Origin: a virus
Strand: one strand, 5' to 3'
DNA: 64,000 bases
IMG/VR virus record: IMGVR_UViG_3300036781_000806
Span: 2,430-66,429 of that record
The notes under the pieces were generated by a model. The model did not search any database. It was not told the origin of the DNA and saw only the letters and a program-made list of their open reading frames with translations. The translations under genes and the position numbers were made by a program. Positions 38,423-48,980 of the stretch are shown here, one piece after another; within the stretch, counting starts at the first letter, position 1, and each line of letters starts with the position of its first letter.

Positions 38423-40405
38423 ATGCTTTCAATTGATACCCTGTCCGGCCAGTGGTCTAGCCTTTGGACACCGCCCGCACGTCTACCGCTCAGCCAGTGG
38501 GTTGAGCAGCACTTCCATCTCACGACCGATTTTGCGACCCGCAACGGGTTGCTCCGTCTGTACGGCTGGCAGCGTGAAATCTTCGACGCCTTCACGGACC
38601 CACGCACGACCGAGATTACTTGCTGCGTGGCGATTCAGCTTGTCAAGACGCTTTTCATTCAAGCTGCCCTGGCGTACGCTATCGCGGAAGACCCTGGCCC
38701 GGTGCTGCTCGTGGAGCCAAAAGAGCAGGACGCCATGGCGTTCTCGAAGAAGCGCCTAAAACCCATGATCGAGGCCAGCCCGTTGCTGCGCCAGATCATC
38801 CGGAAGGACGTTAAGCGTGACAACACAATCCTCTCGATGGACTTTCCAGGGGGGAACTTTACGGCTGTCTCAGCCCTGGTGCCCGGTAACTTAGCTGGCC
38901 GCACGATCCGCTATCTGTTATGCGATGAGACCGACAAATACGAGGTCTCAGCCGGTAACGCCGGTGATCCAATCTCGCTTGCGAAAGGCCGCACTACCAA
39001 CTTCGGGTCGCTCCGCAAGATCGTGCAGGTCTGCTCGCCCACCAACGAGGGTGAATCCAGGATCGCTCTTGCGTATGATGGCTCCGACCAACGCAAGCCG
39101 TGGGTGCCATGCCCACATTGCGGCCAGCACCAGATTCTAAAGTTTGATTCCGTGAAGTGGGGCGAGAAATTGCCTCCTGCACTCCGTGGTTCCGGCGATG
39201 CGGTGCCGGGTCCGACCTACTATCAATGCCTCCATTGCGAAGGCTTCTGGAACGATCTTGAACGCCGGAAAGCTTGTGAGCTTGTGGAATGGAGAGCCGA
39301 CAAGCCCTTCAAAGGTCACGCTGGCTTCTGGATCTCCCACCTGTATAGCCCGTGGAACTCGCTGGAAGATCTGGCCTCAGACTTCTTAATCGCCAAGCGG
39401 AACAAGGAGACTTTAAAAGTCTTCATCACGGAACGTCTCGCTGAACTTTGGAAAGAGGACGGCTCCGTTCCGGACGATCAACGCCTTTACGCGCGTCGGG
39501 AAGAGTACGGGTGGGGCGAGGACGCCGTGGTGCCAGAACGCGGCTTGTTCCTGGTGGCCTCCGTGGACGTGCAAGAAAACCCGCCGCGTCTCGAAGCCTC
39601 CGTGATGGCTTACGGTCGTGAGAAAGAATGCTGGCTGATCGACTACCAAGTCATACAGGCCCACGCCGACGATAGGGCGCGGACGCTGTTGCCGGTGACG
39701 GCTCCGGAACTCTGGAAAGAGCTTGACCGGCGTGTCCTTCAACGTGACTATCAGCACGCCTCCGGTGCCCTGATGCCGGTTTGGTTGATGGCCATCGACA
39801 CCGGCATGCGGCCACAGCCTGTTTACAGCTTTGCTTTGCGTCATCCTCAACCGCTCTATAACGCGGCAGGCGGTCTATCCGTGCCTAGTCACCGCTCCGT
39901 CGTCCCCGTCAAAGGTAATGACGACCCGCTCAAAGTCATTTCGTTGATCTCGAAGGAGGACGCCGCCAGAAAGCGGCAAGGCGTCCGGATTGTCAGCATC
40001 GGTACGCCGCGCTGTAAGACCGAGATTTTCGACAACCTCCGATACGTTAAGCCCGATCCGGACGGAAAGCCCGTCGCCAACTGTTGGCACTTCCCAAAGG
40101 TGGAGCGGACCTATTTTGAGGGTCTGTGCTCTGAGCGTCGTGTCGTCCGGAACAACTCCGAGGTTGTTTGGCAGAAGATCAATCCACGCAACGAACCGTT
40201 GGATTTGGCTGTGTACTGCAGAGCAGCGGCCAGCATGGTGGGAATCGACCGCTTCAAAGAGCACCAATGGGCGGAGCTTGAACGACGCTTGAAGCCGATC
40301 GTTCAGCCGGATCAGGACGATTCGGAGCCAGACGCCGCGCCAGCCCTAAAGGTACCGCCGCCGCCCCAACGCCCGCGCCGCCTAGCTGGTTTCTCGCTCT
40401 CCTAA
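38423..40405 (+). CDS. terL: Terminase large subunit (lambda gpA family), right copy
   Basis: QLVKT, LLCDETD, GDP, SPT, VPCPHCG, DVQ, RNEPLD. Confidence 0.95.
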   Translation: MLSIDTLSGQWSSLWTPPARLPLSQWVEQHFHLTTDFATRNGLLRLYGWQREIFDAFTDPRTTEITCCVAIQLVKTLFIQAALAYAIAEDPGPVLLVEPKEQDAMAFSKKRLKPMIEASPLLRQIIRKDVKRDNTILSMDFPGGNFTAVSALVPGNLAGRTIRYLLCDETDKYEVSAGNAGDPISLAKGRTTNFGSLRKIVQVCSPTNEGESRIALAYDGSDQRKPWVPCPHCGQHQILKFDSVKWGEKLPPALRGSGDAVPGPTYYQCLHCEGFWNDLERRKACELVEWRADKPFKGHAGFWISHLYSPWNSLEDLASDFLIAKRNKETLKVFITERLAELWKEDGSVPDDQRLYARREEYGWGEDAVVPERGLFLVASVDVQENPPRLEASVMAYGREKECWLIDYQVIQAHADDRARTLLPVTAPELWKELDRRVLQRDYQHASGALMPVWLMAIDTGMRPQPVYSFALRHPQPLYNAAGGLSVPSHRSVVPVKGNDDPLKVISLISKEDAARKRQGVRIVSIGTPRCKTEIFDNLRYVKPDPDGKPVANCWHFPKVERTYFEGLCSERRVVRNNSEVVWQKINPRNEPLDLAVYCRAAASMVGIDRFKEHQWAELERRLKPIVQPDQDDSEPDAAPALKVPPPPQRPRRLAGFSLS

Positions 40406-40424
40406 ATACCCATGAGGCGCACTC

Positions 40425-40667
40425 ATGGATTGGCAAGACCATTTAGCGGAAGACGAATTAGTAGACGGCCGTCCTGAGTTTACGCGGCGCGATCTCAAAA
40501 CGATCAACCATGCGATTGCGGCAGGCGTGTTGGAAGTCCGTTACAGCGACCGCACCGTTCGTTATAACTCCACCTCGGATCTGTTGAAGGCGCGGCAGAC
40601 GATCCAGACCTACCTCGATTCACAGAACGGTACTGCTCGCATTCGGCAAGCACTGCTGTACAGCTAA
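40425..40667 (+). CDS. Head completion protein gpW-like, right copy
   Basis: Paralog of 29188-29436. Confidence 0.85.
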   Translation: MDWQDHLAEDELVDGRPEFTRRDLKTINHAIAAGVLEVRYSDRTVRYNSTSDLLKARQTIQTYLDSQNGTARIRQALLYS

Positions 40668-42236
40668 ATGGGACTCCTCGACAAAATCAAATCTGCGTTC
40701 GTATTGCGTCCAAACGCTGATGAGTCCGCACCCTTCAAAACCGGTGCGCTCGGATCTCCGAACGGCTACAGCGCTGGCGGCTACAACCGCCAGACGAAGA
40801 CCTGGAACGCCTCGCCCCTCGGACCGAATACGCTCGCCGAGGTCAATCTCCAGACGATTCGCCGCCGCTCACGTGATGCGATCCGCGATTCAGTGATTGC
40901 GGAGTCGGCCTTCTTGAAGTGGACCAGCAACGTTATCGGCTCCGGCATCGTTCCGCACTTTCTACATCCGGACCCCAACACCCGCAAGACCATTCAAGCG
41001 GCGTGGGACTCGTGGATTCAGACCGCTGACTACGACGGCATCGACTCGTTCTACGGCCTGCAAACGCTGGCCGCAATGGAACTGTTCGCAGCCGGTGAAG
41101 TGTTTGTTCGCTTCCATACCCGCCGCGATGGTGGGTTCACGATCCAGTTAATCGAGTCAGAACAGCTTAACGAGTTCCGCAACATCGCCATGACGAGCGA
41201 CGGTCACGTCATCAAGATGGGCATCGTCTTCGATCAGGAAGACCGGCGACTTGGTTACGACCTCTGGGCTGTAAATCCGTACGACACCGTTGTGGTGACC
41301 GAAGGCGTCGGCCAGTACATCTTTGTTCCGGCTGACGAGATGTTGCATGTCATGCGGCGCACCAGGGCGGGACAGCTTCGCCCCGTTGGTGGCCACATGT
41401 CATCCAGCCTGATCCTGCTTCAGCAGATTGAGAAGTATTGCGAAGCAGAACGCCTCCGCAAGGAAATGGCGGCGTGCTTTGCCGTCTTCATCACGAAGCT
41501 CACGCTGGACGACCAAGTTTTACCGCCCGACAACACGATCACGCCGTCAAGCGATCCGATGATGAGCGGCAAAGAAGAATCTCTGATTCAACCCGGAACC
41601 GCTCAATACCTGCTGCCCGGTGAGGACGTGAAGTTTTCGGAGCCGCCCGAGTCTGGCGATTTCAGCTCGTTCATGTCGCAGCAGCTCCACTTGTTCGCGG
41701 CTGCCGTGGGCGTGACCTACGAGCAACTGACCAACGATTTCTCGAAAGTGAATTTCAGTTCGATCCGTGCTGGGGTTCTGGAATTCCGCCGCGCGGTCGA
41801 GCAATACCAAGCCAACATCATCGTTCACCAGATGCTTGAGCCGATCAAAAAGCGCTGGATGAAGGAATCCGTACTTAATGGCTCGCTGGTTCTGCCGGAG
41901 GACTACTTCGTGGACCCGGCTCCGTACGAGGCCGCGAAGTGGGTTGCACCCGGCTGGAACTGGGTCAATCCGAAAGACGAGGTAGATGCCTACCAGACGG
42001 CGGTGCGGGCTGGCTTCATCTCCCGCACGCAAGTCGTGCGTGAGCAGGGCTTCGATCCCGAAATCATCGACGCGCAGCAGGCCGAAGAGCGGAAGCGTGC
42101 GGCTGAGTTGGGGATCATTTACGACTCCGACCCCAACAAGGTCCTGATCGGGCGTGAGACTCAACCGCTCACTCCGACCAACGTGGAGCCGGACTCGAAC
42201 AGCAGCCAAGAGTCCGAGGAAGACGTTTCCAACTAA
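40668..42236 (+). CDS. Lambda-family portal protein, right copy
   Basis: RSRD, GQLR, YEQLT.D.S.VNFSSIRAG, WVNP.DE. Confidence 0.95.
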   Translation: MGLLDKIKSAFVLRPNADESAPFKTGALGSPNGYSAGGYNRQTKTWNASPLGPNTLAEVNLQTIRRRSRDAIRDSVIAESAFLKWTSNVIGSGIVPHFLHPDPNTRKTIQAAWDSWIQTADYDGIDSFYGLQTLAAMELFAAGEVFVRFHTRRDGGFTIQLIESEQLNEFRNIAMTSDGHVIKMGIVFDQEDRRLGYDLWAVNPYDTVVVTEGVGQYIFVPADEMLHVMRRTRAGQLRPVGGHMSSSLILLQQIEKYCEAERLRKEMAACFAVFITKLTLDDQVLPPDNTITPSSDPMMSGKEESLIQPGTAQYLLPGEDVKFSEPPESGDFSSFMSQQLHLFAAAVGVTYEQLTNDFSKVNFSSIRAGVLEFRRAVEQYQANIIVHQMLEPIKKRWMKESVLNGSLVLPEDYFVDPAPYEAAKWVAPGWNWVNPKDEVDAYQTAVRAGFISRTQVVREQGFDPEIIDAQQAEERKRAAELGIIYDSDPNKVLIGRETQPLTPTNVEPDSNSSQESEEDVSN

Positions 42237-42245
42237 ATACCCCTA

Positions 42246-43673
42246 GTGAATTTCATCCATCTACAGACGCGCCTGTTCGACACGCCGCTCGCGATCCTGG
42301 AATCCAAGTTCGAAGTGATCGTGCAGGCTATCGGTCCGCGTCTTGGGCTGGATCTGCACGGCTCCGCTATTGAAGCCGCGATCCAGACGCAGGCGGCTCA
42401 ACAGAAGAGCTACAGCATGACTCCGGACGGAATCGCCGTCATTCCCATTCAAGGAACGCTGCTCAAGAAAGCCAGCGGATTGATGGCAATGAGCGGCTGC
42501 ACCAGCTATGAATCGCTGGGCATGGTGCTCCAGGAGTGCATGAGTTCGCCCTCAGTAAAGGGCATCCTGCTCGACATTGACAGCCCTGGCGGTGAAGTCA
42601 GCGGGCTATTCGACCTAGCGGACTCCTTCTACTCCGCCAAATCCAAGAAGCCCAGCTATGCGGTAAGCAACGATTCAGCGTTTAGCGCCGCCTACGCGTT
42701 GGCAAGTTGCGCCGACAGGATCTTCATCACCCGCACTGCGGGCGTTGGTTCGGTGGGTGTGTTTTGTTCCCACGTGGATCAGTCAGCCGCCGACCAGAAG
42801 GCCGGTCTTAAGTTCACCTACATCAAGGCTGGTGCCAAGAAGACGCAAGGCAACCCGCATGAGCCGTTGACCGAGCAGGCCACCAGCGATTTGCAGGCCG
42901 AGGTCCAGCGGGAATACCAGATGTTCGTTGAACTCGTGGCCCGCAACCGTGGCGTCGGCGCTCAATCCGTGATCGATACAGAGGCCGGTTGTTTCTTTGC
43001 CGAGAACGCCATTCCGCTGCTCGCCGATCAGGTCGGCACGTTCGATGATGCGCTCGCCGCACTGACGGCCCTAGTCGCGGCGACACCGCAAGCGGCTTTT
43101 ATAAATAGCTCTACCAATCAAGAGGCATCCATGAAGAAGAAAGCAACCACCACCGCGACCTCGGAAGAGACACCGCTCGTAGCAGCAATCGAGGCCGAGG
43201 ACGAAATGGAGAATCCGGAACAATGCGCCACTCCGGACGCCGATCCGGACAACGACGACGAGGACGACGAAGACGAAAAGAAGCCCGAAGCCACCGACGT
43301 TAAGCAGATTCTCAATCTCTGCAAACTGGCCGGTGCCGATCTCTCCACCGCTTCCGACTTCATCACCAACGGCTTCTCGACCCAACAGGTAATTGACGCA
43401 CTGGCCACAGAGCGTTCCACACGGAGCAACAAAACCAAAGTGAACACCACGATCAACACCGCAACCACCACCGTTGATGCTCTCCAGGAGCAGGCGCTCG
43501 CAAGCGCCGACAACCCAAAGAAAGTTCTTGAGAACTTCAAGGCTCTCTTGCGAAAGAACCCGTCAGCGTACGTGAACTACGTGGACAGCAAGCTCGAAGC
43601 GATGGCGCTGCCTTCTACCAAGCGCAAGTACGTTGCAGAGCTTGAAGCAAAGTACGGCCAGAAGTTGGCCTAA
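42246..43673 (+). CDS. S49 head maturation protease with C-terminal scaffold, right copy
   Basis: IDSPGGEV, SAAYALAS; internal AGAGG + ATG at 43131. Confidence 0.92.
   Translation: MNFIHLQTRLFDTPLAILESKFEVIVQAIGPRLGLDLHGSAIEAAIQTQAAQQKSYSMTPDGIAVIPIQGTLLKKASGLMAMSGCTSYESLGMVLQECMSSPSVKGILLDIDSPGGEVSGLFDLADSFYSAKSKKPSYAVSNDSAFSAAYALASCADRIFITRTAGVGSVGVFCSHVDQSAADQKAGLKFTYIKAGAKKTQGNPHEPLTEQATSDLQAEVQREYQMFVELVARNRGVGAQSVIDTEAGCFFAENAIPLLADQVGTFDDALAALTALVAATPQAAFINSSTNQEASMKKKATTTATSEETPLVAAIEAEDEMENPEQCATPDADPDNDDEDDEDEKKPEATDVKQILNLCKLAGADLSTASDFITNGFSTQQVIDALATERSTRSNKTKVNTTINTATTTVDALQEQALASADNPKKVLENFKALLRKNPSAYVNYVDSKLEAMALPSTKRKYVAELEAKYGQKLA
43100..43107 (+). promoter_or_regulatory. 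Perfect T4-type late promoter TATAAATA upstream of the internal scaffold start
   Basis: Matching TAAATA at the equivalent position in the left copy (26764-26769). Confidence 0.6.
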
Positions 43674-43691
43674 ACGGAGAAACACCCAACC

Positions 43692-44066
43692 ATGGCATAC
43701 GAACAGGTTTCACACAAAATCAGCGCTCCGGCAGCCAGCGACCTTTCTGCTTTGCAGTACACCGCTGTCATTTTCGACACAACGGCGGGGGGCAGCAAGA
43801 TCGCCGCCGCTACAGCCGCCAAAAATATGGACGGCATCCTGCAGGACGCACCTAAGAGCGGTCAGGCTGGCAACGTCGCGATTGACGGAGTCTCGAAGGC
43901 AAAGCTTTCGGGCAGCGTCACGGCTGGCGATCAGCTCGAAATCGACACGGGCGGCACATTCGTTACCAAGGCAAGCGGTCAAGCAATCGCAAAGGCTTTG
44001 ATGAGCGGTTCGTCGGGCGATGTCATCTCGGTCCTGCTCTACAAGAGCAACGGACTGTACGCCTAA
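43692..44066 (+). CDS. Head decoration/capsid cement protein, right copy
   Basis: Paralog of 25875-26240. Confidence 0.8.
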   Translation: MAYEQVSHKISAPAASDLSALQYTAVIFDTTAGGSKIAAATAAKNMDGILQDAPKSGQAGNVAIDGVSKAKLSGSVTAGDQLEIDTGGTFVTKASGQAIAKALMSGSSGDVISVLLYKSNGLYA

Positions 44067-44090
44067 GAGAACCACGAGGAATAGAACCAA

Positions 44091-45080
44091 ATGAATCCCA
44101 CAGTAAACGCAGTCCACTACGACAGCCCGTTGACCTTCGTATCAAACATGTACGCACAAAGCAACGATGCTTTCGTGGCGTCTAAGATCTTTCCGCTGGT
44201 TCCGGTGCCTCAGGCGTCCGACTTGATCTACACGATCAACAAGGGCGATTTCGCACGCAACTCGATGTTGAAGCGTGCACCCGGCACTGAGTCGGCAGGC
44301 ATCGGCTACAACGTGGATACCAACAAGTCGTATCGCTGCGGCGTGTGGTCGATCCATCACGACATTCCGGATCAGATTCGCGCCAACGCGGACGCTGCTC
44401 TGAATCTGGAGATGAACGCCTCAGAACTCCTGACCAAGGCAGCACTTATCAACCGTGAGGTCTCGTTCACGAGCACCTTCTTAGCCTCCGGCATCTGGAA
44501 CACCCAGTGGACCGGCGTTGGCTCCAGCCCCTCCACCAACCAGTTCGTACAGTGGAACGATCCAGCCAGCACCCCGATTGAGGACGTTCGCGCCGTTGCC
44601 ACAAAGGTACATCTGAACTCCGGTGGTTTCATGCCGAACAAGATGGTGATCGGAAAGACGGTTTACAACGCCCTCCGCAATCACCCGGACATCCTGGACC
44701 TTATTAAATACCAGGGCACTCCGGCCAGCCCCGCACAGGTCACACTGAACGCGCTGGCTGCGTTGTTCGACCTGGACGAAGTTGTGGTGACCGAGGCTGT
44801 TTACAACACGGCTGCGGAAGGTCAGACCGCCACGTTCAGCTACGTGAGCGATAAGACAGCGCTTCTGGCTTACACGCCCTCATCTCCCGGCCTGAACGTT
44901 CCGGCCAGTGGCTATACCTTCAACTGGACCGGCCTGTTCGGAACTGGCGCAGCGGGCACCCGCGTTAAGGCGTTCCGGATGGAATGGCTCGATTCGCTCC
45001 GCATTGAAGTTGACCAAGCGTATGACATGCAGATCATGGACAACACCTTGGGCGGCTACTTCGTTACTGCCGTTGCCTAA
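44091..45080 (+). CDS. Major capsid protein (lambda gpE-like), right copy
   Basis: Paralog of 24861-25856; GAGG SD. Confidence 0.9.
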   Translation: MNPTVNAVHYDSPLTFVSNMYAQSNDAFVASKIFPLVPVPQASDLIYTINKGDFARNSMLKRAPGTESAGIGYNVDTNKSYRCGVWSIHHDIPDQIRANADAALNLEMNASELLTKAALINREVSFTSTFLASGIWNTQWTGVGSSPSTNQFVQWNDPASTPIEDVRAVATKVHLNSGGFMPNKMVIGKTVYNALRNHPDILDLIKYQGTPASPAQVTLNALAALFDLDEVVVTEAVYNTAAEGQTATFSYVSDKTALLAYTPSSPGLNVPASGYTFNWTGLFGTGAAGTRVKAFRMEWLDSLRIEVDQAYDMQIMDNTLGGYFVTAVA

Positions 45081-45082
45081 AC

Positions 45083-45340
45083 ATGAGACTCGCCGAAACA
45101 AAAAACCGGGAAGACTGGCGCACAATCGCCAGTCTTGCCATTCCTGCGATGCAAGTTCGGAACCACCCGTTGCTTTGGAACGGCGAGATGCTCCCCATCG
45201 GCGCAATGTTCCCGGTAGAAAACGTACTGCCTCGGCGCATCAGGCAATTGTTTGAGCAGAACAAAATCGGCGTTGCCGTCGAGAGCGAGACGAAGCCAAA
45301 GAAAAGCAAGACTGGCCATCAGGCTGGCAAGAGGAAATAG
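45083..45340 (+). CDS. Small post-capsid protein, right copy
   Basis: Paralog of 24623-24856. Confidence 0.55.
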   Translation: MRLAETKNREDWRTIASLAIPAMQVRNHPLLWNGEMLPIGAMFPVENVLPRRIRQLFEQNKIGVAVESETKPKKSKTGHQAGKRK

Positions 45341-45342
45341 AG

Positions 45343-45759
45343 ATGGGCGTACAAAAATTCAAAAGAAAGGTCCTGGCTCCGTCGTTCGTACCGGAAACCA
45401 CGGGCATCGCGCTTGCTGACCTCGCACAGGGAACAAACGGACAGGTGTTGATTGCCAACACTGGCGCGGCGACCGCCTATCAAACCTTGTCAGGCGACGT
45501 GACTGTAAACCAGACCGGTGTTACGGCTGTGGGATCGGGCAAAATCACGAAGGCCAAAATCAAGATGTTCACGGCGAACAGTGTAGCTGGAACAGGTTCG
45601 GCTCAGAATGTGGCACACGGTCTCGGCACCACCCCAACGTACGTGATCATCTCATCTCCGGATGGCGGAACCCTGACGTATGGGACGCATGACGGAACCA
45701 ACGTGAAGTTCACAGCGGGCGACAACTCGCACCACTTCGACGTTATCGCTTTCGCTTAA
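45343..45759 (+). CDS. Small head fibre/decoration-like protein, right copy
   Basis: MG.QKF.R...AHGLGTTP...FDVIAFA; about 35 aa longer than the left copy. Confidence 0.6.
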   Translation: MGVQKFKRKVLAPSFVPETTGIALADLAQGTNGQVLIANTGAATAYQTLSGDVTVNQTGVTAVGSGKITKAKIKMFTANSVAGTGSAQNVAHGLGTTPTYVIISSPDGGTLTYGTHDGTNVKFTAGDNSHHFDVIAFA

Positions 45760-45764
45760 CCAAG

Positions 45765-46052
45765 ATGGCAAATTTCAGACAAGTGACGCCCTCGGTAAAA
45801 ATCCAGGGATCGACAATTTCAGCCAGTTACACCGGAACGGCAGGACTTACGGCTGTTACCGGTGCATCCCTTGTCATGGTCTGCGCTACCACCGATTGCC
45901 ACATTCGAGTAGGTTCGGCACCAACCGCCGTTTCAACCGATTTCTTCCTACCAGCAAAGACGGTCATCTATTTGACTTGCAACCCTACCGACAAGATCAG
46001 CGCCATTCAGGACGCATCGGGTGGAACGATCTTCGTAAATCCATGCGGATAA
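45765..46052 (+). CDS. Small beta-rich structural protein unique to the right module
   Basis: Tightly packed in the head operon; no left counterpart seen. Confidence 0.6.
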   Translation: MANFRQVTPSVKIQGSTISASYTGTAGLTAVTGASLVMVCATTDCHIRVGSAPTAVSTDFFLPAKTVIYLTCNPTDKISAIQDASGGTIFVNPCG

Positions 46053-46053
46053 A

Positions 46054-46392
46054 ATGGCCTTCAATGATCTCATCCGGCATGCATACGACACCTGCCTAAA
46101 CGTCTTCGGCGTTCAGCAGGAAGGCATCACGGCTGTTTTCACTCCCCAAGACTACTCAGGTCCACAACGCATCAACGGCATCATCTCGCCTCCCCCACTC
46201 GAAGAACAAGTCATTCCCGGTTCAATGACCGGCACGAGCATCGTTTACTTCTGGGTCTCGACTTTCGACATGCTTCCTGTGCCGAAAATCGGCGACACGC
46301 TGACGCTCGATGGAGTGCTTTACAACTTGGACAAAGTGAACGTCGATGTGTACGGCGGAGCGATGCTCCACCTGAGGCGTTCCAATGCTTAA
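46054..46392 (+). CDS. Head-tail joining (FII-like) protein, right copy
   Basis: Paralog of 23983-24294. Confidence 0.7.
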   Translation: MAFNDLIRHAYDTCLNVFGVQQEGITAVFTPQDYSGPQRINGIISPPPLEEQVIPGSMTGTSIVYFWVSTFDMLPVPKIGDTLTLDGVLYNLDKVNVDVYGGAMLHLRRSNA

Positions 46393-46858
46393 ACCCAGCC
46401 TCGTTGTGAACGCCGTGATCTCGACGCTGCAAACCATCGCGCCGTTTGTGGCCGCTATGAACGGGCCACAGAACATCAAGGCGCACAGCTTCGTCAACGG
46501 CCAAGTCGTCCCGATCATGACCGACATTTACGAGATGACAGCGCCCAGTTGCCTAGTCGTCTACGAGGGCACGCTGGGCGGCAACTTCGACGGAATGACG
46601 ATCTGGAAGCACCTCCTCACGATCTACCTGAAAGCGCCGAATCAAGCGACCATTCAAACGCCGTTGGGCTATGAAGACTTGGTCTGGATGGTCGTAAACG
46701 GCGAAGTCAACAGCACGCAGCTCAACATCCGGCAAATCTCCGTCATTCCCGAAGTCAGCTTGATGGACACGCCCACCATAACCCGGATGACGGATGAATC
46801 GAGGACTGACTTCTTCAAGGTCGAATGCGTGTTTCCGGAGATCGGGGATTCGATGTGA
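46385..46858 (+). CDS. Tail terminator-like protein, right copy
   Basis: Paralog of 23512-23982. Confidence 0.65.
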   Translation: MLKPSLVVNAVISTLQTIAPFVAAMNGPQNIKAHSFVNGQVVPIMTDIYEMTAPSCLVVYEGTLGGNFDGMTIWKHLLTIYLKAPNQATIQTPLGYEDLVWMVVNGEVNSTQLNIRQISVIPEVSLMDTPTITRMTDESRTDFFKVECVFPEIGDSM

Positions 46859-46897
46859 CCTGTTGCGGTGTGCGGGCCTGCTCCATACATATGGCCG

Positions 46898-47377
46898 ATG
46901 CAAGAGCAGTGGAAAGCGATACCGGGTTTTGAAGGCGTTTATGAGGCAAGCGACCAGGGGCGAATACGGGGCCTGTCGCGCGTGGTCAGGAGGGGGCGCG
47001 GTTTCACCCGCTTGCCTGAACTGATCATCAAACCGGCAGGTTCAAGGTACCTGCACGTTTCCCTGGGGCGAGATGGAGTTCGCACCAATGCTTTCGTTCA
47101 TCGGCTCGTCATGTCGGCCTTCTATGGTCCGAGCGACTTGACTGTGAATCACCGCAACCGGATCAAAACGGACAACAGGCTCGCCAACCTTGAATACATG
47201 ACGCAGACCGAGAACACGAGGGACGCATCGTTTCTGACACAGCAACAAGCTCAGGAAATTCGAGAGCTTTATGCTTCCGGTGCAGGTTCCCAGCGGGCAT
47301 TAGCAGTGCAATACGGAGTCTGCCATGCCACCATCTGGCTCATCGTGCACGGCCTCCGCTGGCAAGATGCCGCGTGA
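46898..47377 (+). CDS. NUMOD4-HNH homing endonuclease
   Basis: EQWKAIPGFEG.YEASD.GRIR, VHRLV..AF, VNH.N..K.DNRL.NLE, C-terminal HTH. Confidence 0.9.
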   Translation: MQEQWKAIPGFEGVYEASDQGRIRGLSRVVRRGRGFTRLPELIIKPAGSRYLHVSLGRDGVRTNAFVHRLVMSAFYGPSDLTVNHRNRIKTDNRLANLEYMTQTENTRDASFLTQQQAQEIRELYASGAGSQRALAVQYGVCHATIWLIVHGLRWQDAA

Positions 47378-47433
47378 CACCCATAGCTAAATAAGGTTTC
47401 GGGGCTACTGGCCCAGAGAGGACAACACATCTT

Positions 47434-48444
47434 ATGGCAACCCGTGTTCAGGCCCTGAAATTGGGACTCGGTAAAGCAAAGCAGGCCGACATTACGACCG
47501 TGGCTGGCTCCTTCCTGACGTTTGAAAAGACGAACGAGGACGTTACCTCAGTAAACTTCACGACCGAGAACGATGCAACGTGGATCGGCAAGGGCAACGA
47601 GTTCGTATCGAGCGCTGGTGTGTTCCCCGTAAGCCAGACTCCGCAGAACCGAATCGAGATGTACGGTTCAGCCGAAATGACCGTGTGGGCGTTCGCCTAC
47701 GCGCTTGGTCACGTAGCAGAAGCCACCGGCCTTTACACCCTGAAGCCAATCCAAAACGGAACCACGCTCGAACTCCCGTACTTCAGCATTTGTGAACAGA
47801 TGCCAGAGGGAGGATCGGAAGCGATTGACAACGTTTACGTCGGTTGCGCGATGGAGGACGTCGTTTTCACGCTCAACAGCGGGCCGGGTCTTCAATCCAC
47901 CAAGGTTACGGCGAATTGGGTAGGCTCCGGCAATTACACCAGTCCTTCCGCCGTCAGCCTTCCAGGTTTGACGGCTCAACACTTCATGCCGGGTGCCAGC
48001 GCCGCGTTGACGATTCTTGGCACCGATTACGTTGCCGCCAAGACCCTGTTGAACGCCCAGATCGGCTGGAAGAACAACCTGCTTTTGAACGCTGGCTTCT
48101 TCCCCGGCTCCGGAACTCAGAACGGCGCGGCTGTCCGTGGCCGAATGGAAATCGGCGTCCGTCAGCCAAGCTTCGAGTTCACAGTGCGCTTGCTGAATAG
48201 CTCCACCGAGTTCGCTTCCTTGGTCGGCCTGACCAGCGGAACCGCAGTCTTGACGGTCACCTACGATTCGACCCACACCGTTACCTTCACGTTCGGCGAG
48301 GTTACGTTTGAGTCAGTCACCAACACCGTGGTCGATGGCATCGCCGCCGTTAAGGTCGTCTGCGCCGTCCAGGACAGCGACGGAACGGGCAACCCCTTGG
48401 TTGTCACGGGCAAAGCGGGCAGCATCACCGGAATCGCGCAGTAA
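47434..48444 (+). CDS. Major tail tube protein, right copy
   Basis: Paralog of 22435-23442; GAGG SD. Confidence 0.75.
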   Translation: MATRVQALKLGLGKAKQADITTVAGSFLTFEKTNEDVTSVNFTTENDATWIGKGNEFVSSAGVFPVSQTPQNRIEMYGSAEMTVWAFAYALGHVAEATGLYTLKPIQNGTTLELPYFSICEQMPEGGSEAIDNVYVGCAMEDVVFTLNSGPGLQSTKVTANWVGSGNYTSPSAVSLPGLTAQHFMPGASAALTILGTDYVAAKTLLNAQIGWKNNLLLNAGFFPGSGTQNGAAVRGRMEIGVRQPSFEFTVRLLNSSTEFASLVGLTSGTAVLTVTYDSTHTVTFTFGEVTFESVTNTVVDGIAAVKVVCAVQDSDGTGNPLVVTGKAGSITGIAQ

Positions 48445-48455
48445 CGAGGTCACAA

Positions 48456-48857
48456 ATGGCAACCACCATCAATCACACAGTCGTCCGCACCTACAAGAAT
48501 CAAGGCTCCACTGCCCGCACGCTTTCCGAGACAGTGAGCGGCAACACGGAGCGCAACCTAGCGGTGCAGGTCGCAGGCACCACCACCAACCATCACGTTG
48601 TAATCACTTGGGTACAGGCCGACATTCAGAGCCTCAGCATCACCAGCGACCAAGCCATCACGATCTATACGAACGCGGCCTCGGGTAGCAGCCCACAGGA
48701 CACGATTGCGATTGCAGCCGGTCAGGTGTTGATCTGGACGCTGGCAACCGACTTAGTCGCACGTTGCCCATTCAGCGACGACGTGACCAGCATCTACATC
48801 ACCAATTCCGGTTCGACCGCTGCCAACATCTTTATTGACAGCGTGCTCTCGATCTAA
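48456..48857 (+). CDS. Tail-associated structural protein, right copy
   Basis: Paralog of 21774-22175. Confidence 0.7.
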   Translation: MATTINHTVVRTYKNQGSTARTLSETVSGNTERNLAVQVAGTTTNHHVVITWVQADIQSLSITSDQAITIYTNAASGSSPQDTIAIAAGQVLIWTLATDLVARCPFSDDVTSIYITNSGSTAANIFIDSVLSI

Positions 48858-48880
48858 ATACTCACAACTCCTTAGACTGC

Positions 48881-48914
48881 GGGCCACATCGCCGACCAGC
48901 GTGTGGCCCTTTTT
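48881..48914 (+). terminator. Rho-independent terminator
   Basis: GGGCCACA...TGTGGCCC followed by TTTTT. Confidence 0.7.
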
Positions 48915-48980
48915 CATATCCAGCTACATAGTTCACGAACGAGCAGTTCTGCTCGTCAGCAAGGAGCATCCAACCATCAC

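Noticed and set aside
44705-48860. TAAATA at 44705 and 48855 as promoters
   Set aside because: The first is mid-gene with no counterpart in the left MCP. The second is a stop codon immediately followed by a terminator. Both are likely chance.
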